A stretch of DNA of 64,000 nucleotides from Atribacterota bacterium (GTDB lineage: Bacteria > Atribacterota > Phoenicimicrobiia > Phoenicimicrobiales > Stramentimicrobiaceae), in NCBI GenBank assembly GCA_040767965.1, contig JAXGNR010000004.1:704001-768000 (forward strand), in the 5' to 3' direction. Position 1 is the stretch's first letter. Each line of letters starts with the position of its first letter. The notes below the pieces were generated by a model. The model was given only the letters and a program-made list of their open reading frames with translations. It was not told the origin of the DNA and did not search any database. Positions 1 through 9,532 of the stretch are shown piece after piece. The position numbers and the translations under genes are program-made.

Positions 1-218
1 TTATTATCACTTTGCGCAGAATTGATAATTTTTTGTGTTTGAACTTCTGATTTAGTAGAAATATACAGCATAATATTTTCTGATTGTTGATATTTATCAA
101 ATTTTATTAAATAGTTTGCTATTTTATTACTTTTGTCTAAAATAGCATCAGAAGAAAGCATTCTTCTCATTTCAAGAATGGACTTTCTGATCATTTTTTT
201 ATTTAACTTGTTAATCAT
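1..218 (-). CDS. ygfA: 5-formyltetrahydrofolate cyclo-ligase, N-terminal part (runs off window start)
   Basis: Manual translation from ATG at 218: MINKLNKKMIRKSILEMRRMLS...NIMLYISTKSEVQT, matching the K..R...R N-terminus and Y.s..sEV motif of this family; lies directly downstream of a 6S RNA. Confidence 0.8.
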   Translation of the reverse strand, partial: MINKLNKKMIRKSILEMRRMLSSDAILDKSNKIANYLIKFDKYQQSENIMLYISTKSEVQTQKIINSAQSDN

Positions 219-293
219 AATACATATTATGCTGAATTGTCAACAGTAATTCAATTTTAATATAGATTTTAATATAGAAGTAATTTTAAAAAA

Positions 294-510
294 TAACCCC
301 GCTATGACGCTAACCTCAAGTTTTGATACCTATCCTCAGACAGGTGGATATCTAACCGGATATTTTAAACTTCCAGTTAATTAACTATTGTTAATCTTAG
401 GTTGTCCTAAATGGAAAACCACAGGCTTGTTCTACATATCCGGACTTGATTTCCTCTTTATAAAAGTGTTGGGTCAAAACTTATTCAGTTTGGCGTCTAC
501 AGCAGGGTGA
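294..510 (-). ncRNA. ssrS: 6S RNA
   Basis: Ends pair (tcaccctgctgtagacgcc with gttagcgtcatagcggggtta; aagttttga with tcaaaactt), central bubble, inner stem gtccggatat/atatccgggt; between aspS and ygfA, both known 6S neighbours. Confidence 0.85.
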
Positions 511-628
511 CTTGTCACTTTCTGAAATAAATATAACATATTTATAGACTAATTTCAATTAGCGTCGGTTTACAAATAAATATATTTTCCAGCATTTTTA
601 TCTGCCAGAATATTTATTGACAGAAATC

Positions 629-2428
629 TTACCGACTAATTTTTAAATGTAATTCCTTCAGCTGTTCATCATTCACTTCTGATGGTGCGCCGGTTAATAG
701 ACAGGTTGCCTTTTGTGTTTTTGGAAAAGCAATCACTTCTCGTATGGAACTGGAACCTGTAAGGATCATTACCAGCCGATCCAAACCAAAAGCTATTCCT
801 CCATGAGGAGGAGCACCATATTTTAAGGCATTAAGTAAAAATCCAAATTTTTGCTCTGCCTCGGTTTTGTTTATCTTCAGCAAATCAAAGATTTTTTCCT
901 GAATTTCTGTTTGATGGATACGGATACTTCCACCTCCGATTTCACTGCCGTTTAAAACTAAATCATACGCCTTGGATCGTGCGTTATACGGATTTTTATC
1001 CAACAAAGCAATGTCTTTATCTATCGGTGCAGTAAACGGATGATGCATGGATGTATATCTTTTTTCAGTGTTAGAGTATTCAAATAAGGGGAAATTTGTT
1101 ACCCATAAAAATCTATATTGACTATTATCAACTAAATTTAAATCTCTGGCCAGTTTAATTCTAATTTGTCCCAGCGCTTGCAGTGCAGTCATTTTGGGAC
1201 CGGCAATAATAAAAATGAGGTCTCCTGCTTTGGCATTTGTTTTTTGTCTTATTTGCCCTATTTCATCCCCGGAAAGATACTTGGCTATAGATGATTGAAT
1301 AGTATTATCTTCTTTAAAGCGAATATAAGATAAACCTGCTAAATCTAAAGATTTAACAAAATTATTTAAATCATCTATATTTTTCCGGGAAAATGAATCT
1401 GGTTTTTCAGTTTTAATTGCACCAATAATTCCGTCATTTTCAATAATTCCTGAAAATATCTGAAAGTTTGTTTGCAAAAAAACTTCATTTAAGTCAATTA
1501 TTTCCATATCGTATCTTAAATCAGGCTTATCAATTCCATATTTTGACATAACTTGATCATAATCATATCTAAGGAAAGGTTTATTTATAATTATACCCAA
1601 TATTTCTTTGAATAAATGAACCATTAAATCTTCAATTAAATTAAAAATATCATCACGTTCGACGAAAGACATTTCCATATCTAACTGAGTGAATTCCGGA
1701 GCTCTATCAGCTCTCAAATCTTCATCTCTAAAACAGCGGACAATCTGATAGTATTTATCAAAACCGCTAATCATCAGCAGTTGCTTGAACAGTTGAGGTG
1801 ATTGAGGAAGGGCATAAAATTTACCCGGATTAACCCGGCTTGGAACAATATAATCCCTGGCTCCTTCCGGTGTACTTTTGGTTAAAAAAGGTGTTTCAAT
1901 ATCCAGAAAACCTCTTGTATTAAGAAAATTACGGATGAGGTGACCAACTCGGTGACGAACAATTAAATTGTTTTTCATTTCTGTTTTTCGAAGATCCAGA
2001 TAGCGATATTTCAGTCTTAAATCGTCTCCAATGTCAGAATATTCATCAATACTAAAAGGAGGAGGCTCAGATGTGTTTAATATTTTAATATTTTTTACTC
2101 TTATTTCAATTTCACCAGTTTTCAAATTTGGGTTAATTGCATCTTCTCCTCTATTAGATACCTGTCCATTTATTGCAATTACATATTCATTTCTAATTTT
2201 ATGTGCAGTTAAATGGGCTTCTTCTGATATTTTAGGGTCAAATACTACTTGAGTTTTTCCTTCTCTGTCTCTCAAATCTACAAAAATGAGCCCACCATGG
2301 TCCCTTCTTGTATTTACCCATCCCATCAATATTACCTGTTCATTGACGTTTTTTTTATTTAGTTCTCCGCAAGTATGGGTTCTTTTCCATTCACCTAAAG
2401 TATTATATTCTTGCCCTAGCATGCTCAT
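629..2428 (-). CDS. aspS: Aspartate--tRNA ligase
   Basis: RTHTCGEL, RRDHGGLIFVDLRD, STPEGARDY, FRDEDLRADR, GAPPHGGIAFGLDR motifs. Confidence 0.98.
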   Translation of the reverse strand: MSMLGQEYNTLGEWKRTHTCGELNKKNVNEQVILMGWVNTRRDHGGLIFVDLRDREGKTQVVFDPKISEEAHLTAHKIRNEYVIAINGQVSNRGEDAINPNLKTGEIEIRVKNIKILNTSEPPPFSIDEYSDIGDDLRLKYRYLDLRKTEMKNNLIVRHRVGHLIRNFLNTRGFLDIETPFLTKSTPEGARDYIVPSRVNPGKFYALPQSPQLFKQLLMISGFDKYYQIVRCFRDEDLRADRAPEFTQLDMEMSFVERDDIFNLIEDLMVHLFKEILGIIINKPFLRYDYDQVMSKYGIDKPDLRYDMEIIDLNEVFLQTNFQIFSGIIENDGIIGAIKTEKPDSFSRKNIDDLNNFVKSLDLAGLSYIRFKEDNTIQSSIAKYLSGDEIGQIRQKTNAKAGDLIFIIAGPKMTALQALGQIRIKLARDLNLVDNSQYRFLWVTNFPLFEYSNTEKRYTSMHHPFTAPIDKDIALLDKNPYNARSKAYDLVLNGSEIGGGSIRIHQTEIQEKIFDLLKINKTEAEQKFGFLLNALKYGAPPHGGIAFGLDRLVMILTGSSSIREVIAFPKTQKATCLLTGAPSEVNDEQLKELHLKISR

Positions 2429-2527
2429 TAGATACTCCTTCTTTTTATTAGTACATCTAGATTTATTTGTTTATGGCCTTTCATTTGAAAGGATTTTAAA
2501 AAGATAAATTTACTATGTTAAAAAATG

Positions 2528-3823
2528 TTAAGGGTAAATTTTATTTAACATTCTTGGGAAAGGTATAGTTTCCCTGATATGAGGCAAGTTACAGATCCAG
2601 GCAACAGTTCTTTCAATACCCAAACCAAATCCTGAATGAGGAACTGATCCATATCTTCTTAAGTCTATATACCATTGGTAATCTTCTTCCGGTAAATTAT
2701 GTTCTTTTATTCTTTCTTTTATCAAAGAATAGTCATCAATTCTTTGACCGCCACCAATTATTTCTCCGAAACCCTGTGGAGCTATCAAATCAGCTCCTAA
2801 AACTGTTTCCGGTCTTTCCGGATCGGGTTTCATATAAAAAGCCTTACATTTTGTGGGGTAGTGATGAATAAAAACAGGTTTTTGGAAGTTATTAGAAATA
2901 ATTGTCTCATCTTCTCCAGTTAAATCTTCTCCCCATTTGGTGGTGCTTCCCTCTTTTTGGATTATTTTAATTGCTTCATCGTAAGATAAATATGGAAATG
3001 GTGATTTTATTACTTCCAGCAAAGAAATGTCTCTTTCCAGATTTTTTAACTCCAAACTGCAATTGTTTAGAACATGTTCAATTATATGAATTATTAATTC
3101 TTCCTGTAATTTATTGTTGTCTTCAAAAGTAAAATAAGCTGCTTCCGGCTCTACCATCCAGAACTCCATTAAATGCCTTCTTGTTTTAGACTTTTCTGCT
3201 CTAAAAGTAGGTCCAAAACAATAAACTTTTCCGAAAGCCATTGCGGAAGCTTCATTATAAAGCTGTCCGCTTTGGGTTAAATAAGCTTTATCGCCAAAAT
3301 AATCTGTTTCAAATAATGTGGTTGTGCCTTCACAGGCAGATGGGGTTAAGATGGGAGATTCTATTAAGTAAAAACCTTTTTTATTTAAAAAATCATGGAT
3401 TGATTTAACAATTTCTGAACGTATTCGCAAAATAGAATTTTGTCTTTGTGTCCTCATCCAAAGATGCCTGTAATTCATCAGAAATCCTACACCGTGTTTT
3501 TTAAGGGAAATAGGGTACTCTTTTTCAGCATTATGGATGACCTGGATAGATTTTATGATTAATTCATAACCGCTTGGAGCTCTATTTTCTTTTTTAACTA
3601 AACCCTCTACTATTATAGATGATTCATAGTTTATATTTTCCAGCATATTAAAATATTCTTCATCTATTTCATTTTTTACCAGTATACCTTGTACAAAACC
3701 TGAGCCATCACGAATAATCATAAATTTTACTTTTCCACTTGAACGCTGATTGTATAACCATCCTTTTATAGAAACAATTTTTTCTTCATAATCCCTAATT
3801 TGAGATATACTTATATTTGTCAT
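2528..3823 (-). CDS. asnS: Asparagine--tRNA ligase
   Basis: YLTQSGQLY, FGPTFRAEKSKTRRHLMEFWMVEPE, PHSGFGLGIER. Confidence 0.97.
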   Translation of the reverse strand: MTNISISQIRDYEEKIVSIKGWLYNQRSSGKVKFMIIRDGSGFVQGILVKNEIDEEYFNMLENINYESSIIVEGLVKKENRAPSGYELIIKSIQVIHNAEKEYPISLKKHGVGFLMNYRHLWMRTQRQNSILRIRSEIVKSIHDFLNKKGFYLIESPILTPSACEGTTTLFETDYFGDKAYLTQSGQLYNEASAMAFGKVYCFGPTFRAEKSKTRRHLMEFWMVEPEAAYFTFEDNNKLQEELIIHIIEHVLNNCSLELKNLERDISLLEVIKSPFPYLSYDEAIKIIQKEGSTTKWGEDLTGEDETIISNNFQKPVFIHHYPTKCKAFYMKPDPERPETVLGADLIAPQGFGEIIGGGQRIDDYSLIKERIKEHNLPEEDYQWYIDLRRYGSVPHSGFGLGIERTVAWICNLPHIRETIPFPRMLNKIYP

Positions 3824-3886
3824 TACAATAAATTCCCCCTATCGCATTACCCTTATATTAATTGTATACAGATGCATACAGAATAT

Positions 3887-5161
3887 TTATAATCTTTCTT
3901 TTTGTTGCCAAGAGATAATTTCATTTGCAAGATCATCTAAATTGACAATCTTCTGCTGCCCGTCTAGCATGTTTTTTAAAATTGCACTTTTTTGAACTAG
4001 TTCATCTTGCCCCAGTATAATAACATAAGAAACCTGTAGTTTATTTGCCTGGCGCATTTGGGCTTTTAAGCTTTTGTTAAGAAAGTCAATTTCTGTGCTG
4101 ATATTATTTTCTCTCAAGTTTAAAGCAACCTGCAATGCAATAGATGTTTCTTTTTCACTGGTGGCAGCAATGAATACTTTTAAACCCTCCCAGAAAGGTA
4201 TTTTTATCTGCTGTTTTTCCATTGTAGAGATAATTCTTTCAATTCCAGCTGCAAAGCCTACGGCAGGAGTAGGTGACCCGCCTAACTCTTCTACCAAATA
4301 GTCATACCGACCGCCTCCGCCTATTGCATTTTGAGACCCTAATTCTCCTGAAGTAATTTCAAAAGCAGTTTTTGTATAGTAATCCAAACCCCTAACCAGC
4401 AATGGATTTATCTGATAATTAATTGTCAAATGGTCTAAATATTTTTTCAGTTTACTGAAATGTTCAGAACAATCCTCACAAAGATAATCATAAATAGACG
4501 GACTTTTTTTTATTTGAATCTGGCAATTTGTTTTCTTGCAATCTAAAATCCGCAACGGGTTTTTGTGATACCTTTCCTGACAATCAGAACACAATAAATC
4601 TTTTTTGTCCTGGAAATATTCTTTCAGTTCTTTTAAATAAATAGGCCTGCATTTTCTGCAGCCCACGCTGTTCAGGATTAAACTAAAGTCTTTGATACCA
4701 ATCTTTTTATAAATAGCAACAGCTGCTGCTATTATTTCTGCATCTACCAGAGAAAAAGGGGAGCCAATTGCCTCTAATCCAAATTGATTGAACTGACGAA
4801 ATCTTCCAGCTTGCGGCTTTTCACAACGAAACATGCTGCCTAAATAAAAAAGTTTGCTGACCGGATTTTCTCTACCAATTTTATGCTCTAAATAAGCTCT
4901 TACTACTGGTGCAGTCCCTTCAGGTCTTAAAGTTAAACTCCTGCCTTTTTGATCCTGAAATGTGAACATTTCCTTATTTACTATATCAGTAGTTTCACCG
5001 ATACCCCTGATAAACAGCTCAGTATGTTCAAAAGAAGGAGTTCTGATTTCTCTGTATCCAAATTTCTGTAAAGTGTTTTTTATAATTTCTTCAACATAAT
5101 ACCAATAATCAATCCGTGATGGCAATATGTCGTTTGTTCCTTTTGGAGCTTTTGTTAACAC
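3887..5161 (-). CDS. hisS: Histidine--tRNA ligase
   Basis: LRPEGTAP, GRFRQF, VRGLDYYT, GGGRYD motifs; GTG start after AAGGAG. Confidence 0.98.
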   Translation of the reverse strand: MLTKAPKGTNDILPSRIDYWYYVEEIIKNTLQKFGYREIRTPSFEHTELFIRGIGETTDIVNKEMFTFQDQKGRSLTLRPEGTAPVVRAYLEHKIGRENPVSKLFYLGSMFRCEKPQAGRFRQFNQFGLEAIGSPFSLVDAEIIAAAVAIYKKIGIKDFSLILNSVGCRKCRPIYLKELKEYFQDKKDLLCSDCQERYHKNPLRILDCKKTNCQIQIKKSPSIYDYLCEDCSEHFSKLKKYLDHLTINYQINPLLVRGLDYYTKTAFEITSGELGSQNAIGGGGRYDYLVEELGGSPTPAVGFAAGIERIISTMEKQQIKIPFWEGLKVFIAATSEKETSIALQVALNLRENNISTEIDFLNKSLKAQMRQANKLQVSYVIILGQDELVQKSAILKNMLDGQQKIVNLDDLANEIISWQQKERL

Positions 5162-5239
5162 GGCAATCTCCTTATCTGTTCATGTAATTAATCAGTTATT
5201 ATCTTTAACAGGGTTTTACACTAAATAAAAAATTATTTA

Positions 5240-5450
5240 TAAAATAAAAAACCTGATAATATTTAATAATACTATCAGGGGCGAAATTATTTCGCGGTGC
5301 CACCCTGTTTAATGGATTTGTTTTCACATTCGCTTAATTATTTTAACGCATTTAACGGTAAGTTTTATTCTTTAAATATTTTAAAAGAATATTCAGATTG
5401 TCTTTCAATTACCGTTAAGGTAATTTACTTTTCTAAAAACTTACTATTTA
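5240..5450 (-). promoter_or_regulatory. T-box riboswitch leader (Asp specifier GAC) with intrinsic terminator, upstream of hisS-asnS-aspS
   Basis: Minus strand AAACAGGGTGGCACCGCG T-box at 5293-5310, antiterminator partner CGCCCCTG, terminator CCTGATAGTATT/AATATTATCAGG plus U-run; AGTA...GAA-A-GAC-A specifier loop at 5400-5429. Confidence 0.9.
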
Positions 5451-5538
5451 GATATATTATTTAATTTTAACTAAAATAGAAAAGTTATTTTTAGATATTC
5501 TATAATATTTACAATAAAAAAGTCAATAATTCATACTT

Positions 5539-6600
5539 TTATAACCCGGCATATTCAATAAAAGAATTTTTATTAATAGCTTTTTTTAAAGCAGCTTCTC
5601 TGGTTATCTTTCCCTGCATTAGCAAATCTTTTAAAGATTGATCCAAACTTTGCATGCCTGCTTTTTTACTAATTTGAATAGTAGAAGGTATTTGATGTAT
5701 TTTTTCATCACGAATCAGGTTTCTGATAGCAGGGGTTGCCAGCATTAACTCCATAGCTGCAACTCTTCCCTGTCCATCTGAAGTGGGAATTAAAGTTTGA
5801 GCAATTACTGCTTCAATAGATCCGGCTACCTGTAATCTTGCTTGAGCCTGTTGATGTGCCGGGAAGGCATTTATTATTCTTTCTATGGTATCTGCTGCAC
5901 TGTTGGTATGCAAGGTCGAAAACACCAGATGACCTGTTTCGGCAGCCTTTAAAGCCATAGAAATTGTCTCTAAGTCTCTCATTTCACCTACCAGAATAAC
6001 ATCCGGGTCTTCACGCAAGGCTACTCTTAAAGCACTGGCAAATGATTCTGCATGTTCTCCGATTTCTCTTTGTGAAATGACACAATTTTTATGGGTATGG
6101 ACAAATTCAATAGGATCTTCAATTGAAATAATATGATCATATCGCTGAGTATTTATAATATCAATTAAAGCCGCCAGAGTGGTAGATTTACCACTGCCGG
6201 TTGGGCCGGTAACAAGAACAATCCCTTTATCTTTTTCTGTTAATGTATTTATTATTTCCGGTAATCCCAATTGTTCTGTAGAAAGTATAACATTAGGAAT
6301 AAGTCTTATTACGGCAGCATTTCCCAGGCGATGCTTAAAAATATTAATTCGAAACCTGGAAACATCTTTTATTTCATAAGAAAAATCTAACTGCTTGTTT
6401 TTTTCAAAATCGTCTTTTTGCTTGTCAGAGATTATACTATAAATCAATTTTTGGACATCCTCTGAGCTTAATACAGGGAATTCTGATTTAGTCATTTTTC
6501 CGTTTAAACGAAAAACTGGCGGTATGCCAATATTTAAATGAACATCTGAAGCTTCTTTGTCTTTTGCTTTTGTTAATATTTCTTGAATCTTATAATCCAT
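5539..6600 (-). CDS. pilT: Type IV pilus retraction ATPase PilT (paralog 1)
   Basis: ASDVHL, GPTGSGKST, EDPIE, LREDPDVILVGEMRD, TGHLVFSTLHT, AIRNLIRD. Confidence 0.95.
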   Translation of the reverse strand: MDYKIQEILTKAKDKEASDVHLNIGIPPVFRLNGKMTKSEFPVLSSEDVQKLIYSIISDKQKDDFEKNKQLDFSYEIKDVSRFRINIFKHRLGNAAVIRLIPNVILSTEQLGLPEIINTLTEKDKGIVLVTGPTGSGKSTTLAALIDIINTQRYDHIISIEDPIEFVHTHKNCVISQREIGEHAESFASALRVALREDPDVILVGEMRDLETISMALKAAETGHLVFSTLHTNSAADTIERIINAFPAHQQAQARLQVAGSIEAVIAQTLIPTSDGQGRVAAMELMLATPAIRNLIRDEKIHQIPSTIQISKKAGMQSLDQSLKDLLMQGKITREAALKKAINKNSFIEYAGL

Positions 6601-6636
6601 TTATCTCTGTAATCTCCTTTTTCATTCTTTTCGGCA

Positions 6637-7092
6637 TTATTTTTCCCAGATATCAGGATGTTCTTGCTCGATAAGTTTAATTATTTCGGCAATGTTTTGA
6701 AAAGAAGCAAAAACTATTTCAATATTATTTTGAAAAGCAGATTTTACCCTTTCAATTGCTTCATAATCTGTGGGATCAGCCATTGCAATAGTTACTTTGC
6801 CTTCTATTTCTATTAAAGGAATTAAATTATAATTTTTTATTAAGTATTCGGGAATTTTTTTTATCAGATTAAAATCCAGCTGCTCTTTTTCAATTTGAAC
6901 ATATGGCATATCTAATTGTCTGCTTAAAACCCAGTTTATCTGATCTTGAGTTACTAATTTTAATTTAATTAATGTTTCTCCAATCCGTTTATTTTTTTGT
7001 TTTTGTACTTTTAATGCCTTTGTTAATTGTTCTGAAGAAATCATTTTATAATCTAATAATATTTCTCCAAGTTTTTTATTATTTTCTTTCAT
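6637..7092 (-). CDS. Stand-alone MshEN/GspE N-terminal domain protein (putative c-di-GMP receptor, no ATPase domain)
   Basis: Tandem KLGEILL...LTKALKVQ and RIGETLI...INWVLSRQ motifs plus AMADP motif; only 151 aa. Confidence 0.8.
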   Translation of the reverse strand: MKENNKKLGEILLDYKMISSEQLTKALKVQKQKNKRIGETLIKLKLVTQDQINWVLSRQLDMPYVQIEKEQLDFNLIKKIPEYLIKNYNLIPLIEIEGKVTIAMADPTDYEAIERVKSAFQNNIEIVFASFQNIAEIIKLIEQEHPDIWEK

Positions 7093-7157
7093 ATAATGTC
7101 ACTCCTTATAAGCAAACTTAGAAAAAGCTTATGTAAAATATTATTTTAATTGTTCAT

Positions 7158-8204
7158 TCAATGAGATGTTACATAATTTGGATCCATTGCTTTTGATATT
7201 GCTACTTCCCTGTCGATAATATGATTTTTGTATAAATCCTTTAAACACTGGTCAACTGTCTGCATTCCATGCTGATAAGAGCTCTGGATAGTAGCATATA
7301 TCATATGGATACGCTCTTCTCTGATGATATTTCTAATTGCTGGAGTTGCTCTCATTATTTCAACAACCGGAACACGAGAAGTCTGATCAATGTTTGGTAT
7401 CAGAGATTGAGACAAAACAGCAATTAAAGATTCAGCCAATTGTATTCTGATTTGTCTTTGCTGCTCAGGTGGAAAAACATCAATAATTCTCTCCACAGTT
7501 TCAGCCGCACTATTCGTGTGCAAAGTTGAAAATACCAGATGTCCCGTTTCTGCTGCTGTTACAGCCATAGAAATTGTTTCCAGATCTCTCATTTCGCCTA
7601 CCAGAATCACGTCAGGATCTTCCCTTAAAGCGCTTCTTAAGGCATACGAAAAAGATTGAGTATGCGAGCCTACCTCTCTTTGTTCGATAATACATTTTTT
7701 ATGCTTATGAACAAATTCAATCGGGTCCTCAATAGTTATTATATGCAACCTCTGATTTTCATTAATTATATCAATCAAAGTTGAAAGTGTGGTAGATTTA
7801 CCACTACCGGTTGGGCCGGTAACAAGAACTAATCCTTTTTGAATCTTGGCCAGGTTTCCTATAGAAGCCGGTAAGCCAAGCTCTTCCAGTGTTTTTATTT
7901 TACCTAGAATCAATCTAAAAGCACCTGCCATTCCTCTTCTGTGACGGAAAACATTGACTCTAAATCGTTCTCCATTAACTATTTCAAGAGAAAAATCGAT
8001 TTCATTTATATCCTCAAATTTTTTCTTTTGTTCATTACTCATAACACTGTAAAGAAGCTCATAAACATCATTTTCAGTTAGCTCGGGTAAATCCATCTTC
8101 AAAAGCGAACCATTAACTCTCAGAGTTGGCGGCACTCCTACTGTAAGATGTAAGTCCGATGCCTCAAAGTCACTGGCAGTTTTTAGTAATTCAATAATCT
8201 TCAC
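7158..8204 (-). CDS. pilT: Type IV pilus retraction ATPase PilT (paralog 2)
   Basis: ASDLHL, GPTGSGKST, LREDPDVILVGEMRD, AIRNIIRE; start reassigned to GTG at 8204 after AGGAGG. Confidence 0.95.
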   Translation of the reverse strand: MKIIELLKTASDFEASDLHLTVGVPPTLRVNGSLLKMDLPELTENDVYELLYSVMSNEQKKKFEDINEIDFSLEIVNGERFRVNVFRHRRGMAGAFRLILGKIKTLEELGLPASIGNLAKIQKGLVLVTGPTGSGKSTTLSTLIDIINENQRLHIITIEDPIEFVHKHKKCIIEQREVGSHTQSFSYALRSALREDPDVILVGEMRDLETISMAVTAAETGHLVFSTLHTNSAAETVERIIDVFPPEQQRQIRIQLAESLIAVLSQSLIPNIDQTSRVPVVEIMRATPAIRNIIREERIHMIYATIQSSYQHGMQTVDQCLKDLYKNHIIDREVAISKAMDPNYVTSH

Positions 8205-8261
8205 TATTTTCCTCCTTTTTATAAAGAAGGCAAGGAACAAGCTACATATATTACTGTTTTT

Positions 8262-9446
8262 TTACTTCAATAATTCTGCTTTATCAGTTTTTTCCCAGGT
8301 AAATTCTTCCAATTCCCTGCCAAAATGCCCGTAAGCAGCAGTATTTTTATAGATAGGTCTCTTTAATTTTAAATCATTGATTATAGCAGCTGGTCTGAGA
8401 TCAAAGTTATTTTTGATTAAATCTATTATCCTGGAATTTGATAGTTTTCCTGTGTCAAAAGTATTTACCATTATTGATACAGGATTAGCCACTCCTATAG
8501 CATAAGCAATTTCAATTTCACATTTTTCAGCTATTCCAGCTGCAACAATATTTTTAGCAATGTACCTGGAGATATAACTTCCTGAACGATCAACTTTTGT
8601 GGGATCTTTTCCAGAAAAACATCCTCCTCCATGACTTCCAAAACCACCATATGTGTCTACAATTATTTTTCTTCCTGTTAATCCTGTATCAGCCTGAGGT
8701 CCGCCGATAACAAATCTTCCTGTTGAATTAATATAATACTTTGTTTTGTTATCAAGATATTTACCAGGAATAACTTTTTTGATAACCTTTTCCATAATAT
8801 CATCTCTGATAGTTTGCAGATCTACATTTGGATGATGTTGAGCAGCGATAACTATTGCTTCCACTCTTTCAGGTTTGCCATCAAAATATTGCACAGTAAC
8901 CTGAGATTTCCCGTCCGGTCTTAAATAGGGTACTATTTTATTTTTTCTGACCTCAGCAAGCCTATAAGTCAATTTATGGGCTAATGAAATTGGCAATGGC
9001 ATCAATTCGGGGGTTTCAGTACAAGCATAGCCAAACATCATTCCCTGATCACCTGCCCCTGTAGCTGATATTTTATCTTTTTCAGGAATCTTTTTTTCTT
9101 CTCTTGTTTCCCAGGCGCAATTTACCCCTAAAGCAATATCTTTAGATTGCTCTTCTATTGATGTCAATACTGCACAGGTGTCACAATCAAAACCAAATTT
9201 AGCCCTAGTATAACCTATTTCTTTTATAGTTTCCCTGGCTATTTTTGGAATATCAACATACCCCTGAGTGGTAACCTGACCTGCCACCAGCACTAAACCG
9301 GTTGCAACTAATGTCTCTACAGCAACCCTTGCTTCTGTGTCCTGCTGGTATATTTCATCTAATATAGCATCAGAAATCTGGTCGGCTATTTTATCAGGAT
9401 GCCCTTCTGTAACAGATTCTGATGTGAATAAGTAATTTTCTTTCAA
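8262..9446 (-). CDS. metK: S-adenosylmethionine synthetase
   Basis: [37 protein letters not shown]. Confidence 0.99.
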   Translation of the reverse strand: MKENYLFTSESVTEGHPDKIADQISDAILDEIYQQDTEARVAVETLVATGLVLVAGQVTTQGYVDIPKIARETIKEIGYTRAKFGFDCDTCAVLTSIEEQSKDIALGVNCAWETREEKKIPEKDKISATGAGDQGMMFGYACTETPELMPLPISLAHKLTYRLAEVRKNKIVPYLRPDGKSQVTVQYFDGKPERVEAIVIAAQHHPNVDLQTIRDDIMEKVIKKVIPGKYLDNKTKYYINSTGRFVIGGPQADTGLTGRKIIVDTYGGFGSHGGGCFSGKDPTKVDRSGSYISRYIAKNIVAAGIAEKCEIEIAYAIGVANPVSIMVNTFDTGKLSNSRIIDLIKNNFDLRPAAIINDLKLKRPIYKNTAAYGHFGRELEEFTWEKTDKAELLK

Positions 9447-9532
9447 AGTGATTCCTCCTTCTGCTTTTCGGCTTTAATAAATATTTCGGTAATCTTTTGT
9501 ATTGATTCAGTATAAATAATAAAAAAATATTT

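Noticed and set aside
9447-9532. SAM riboswitch upstream of metK
   Set aside because: Spacer is only about 86 nt and lacks S-box consensus
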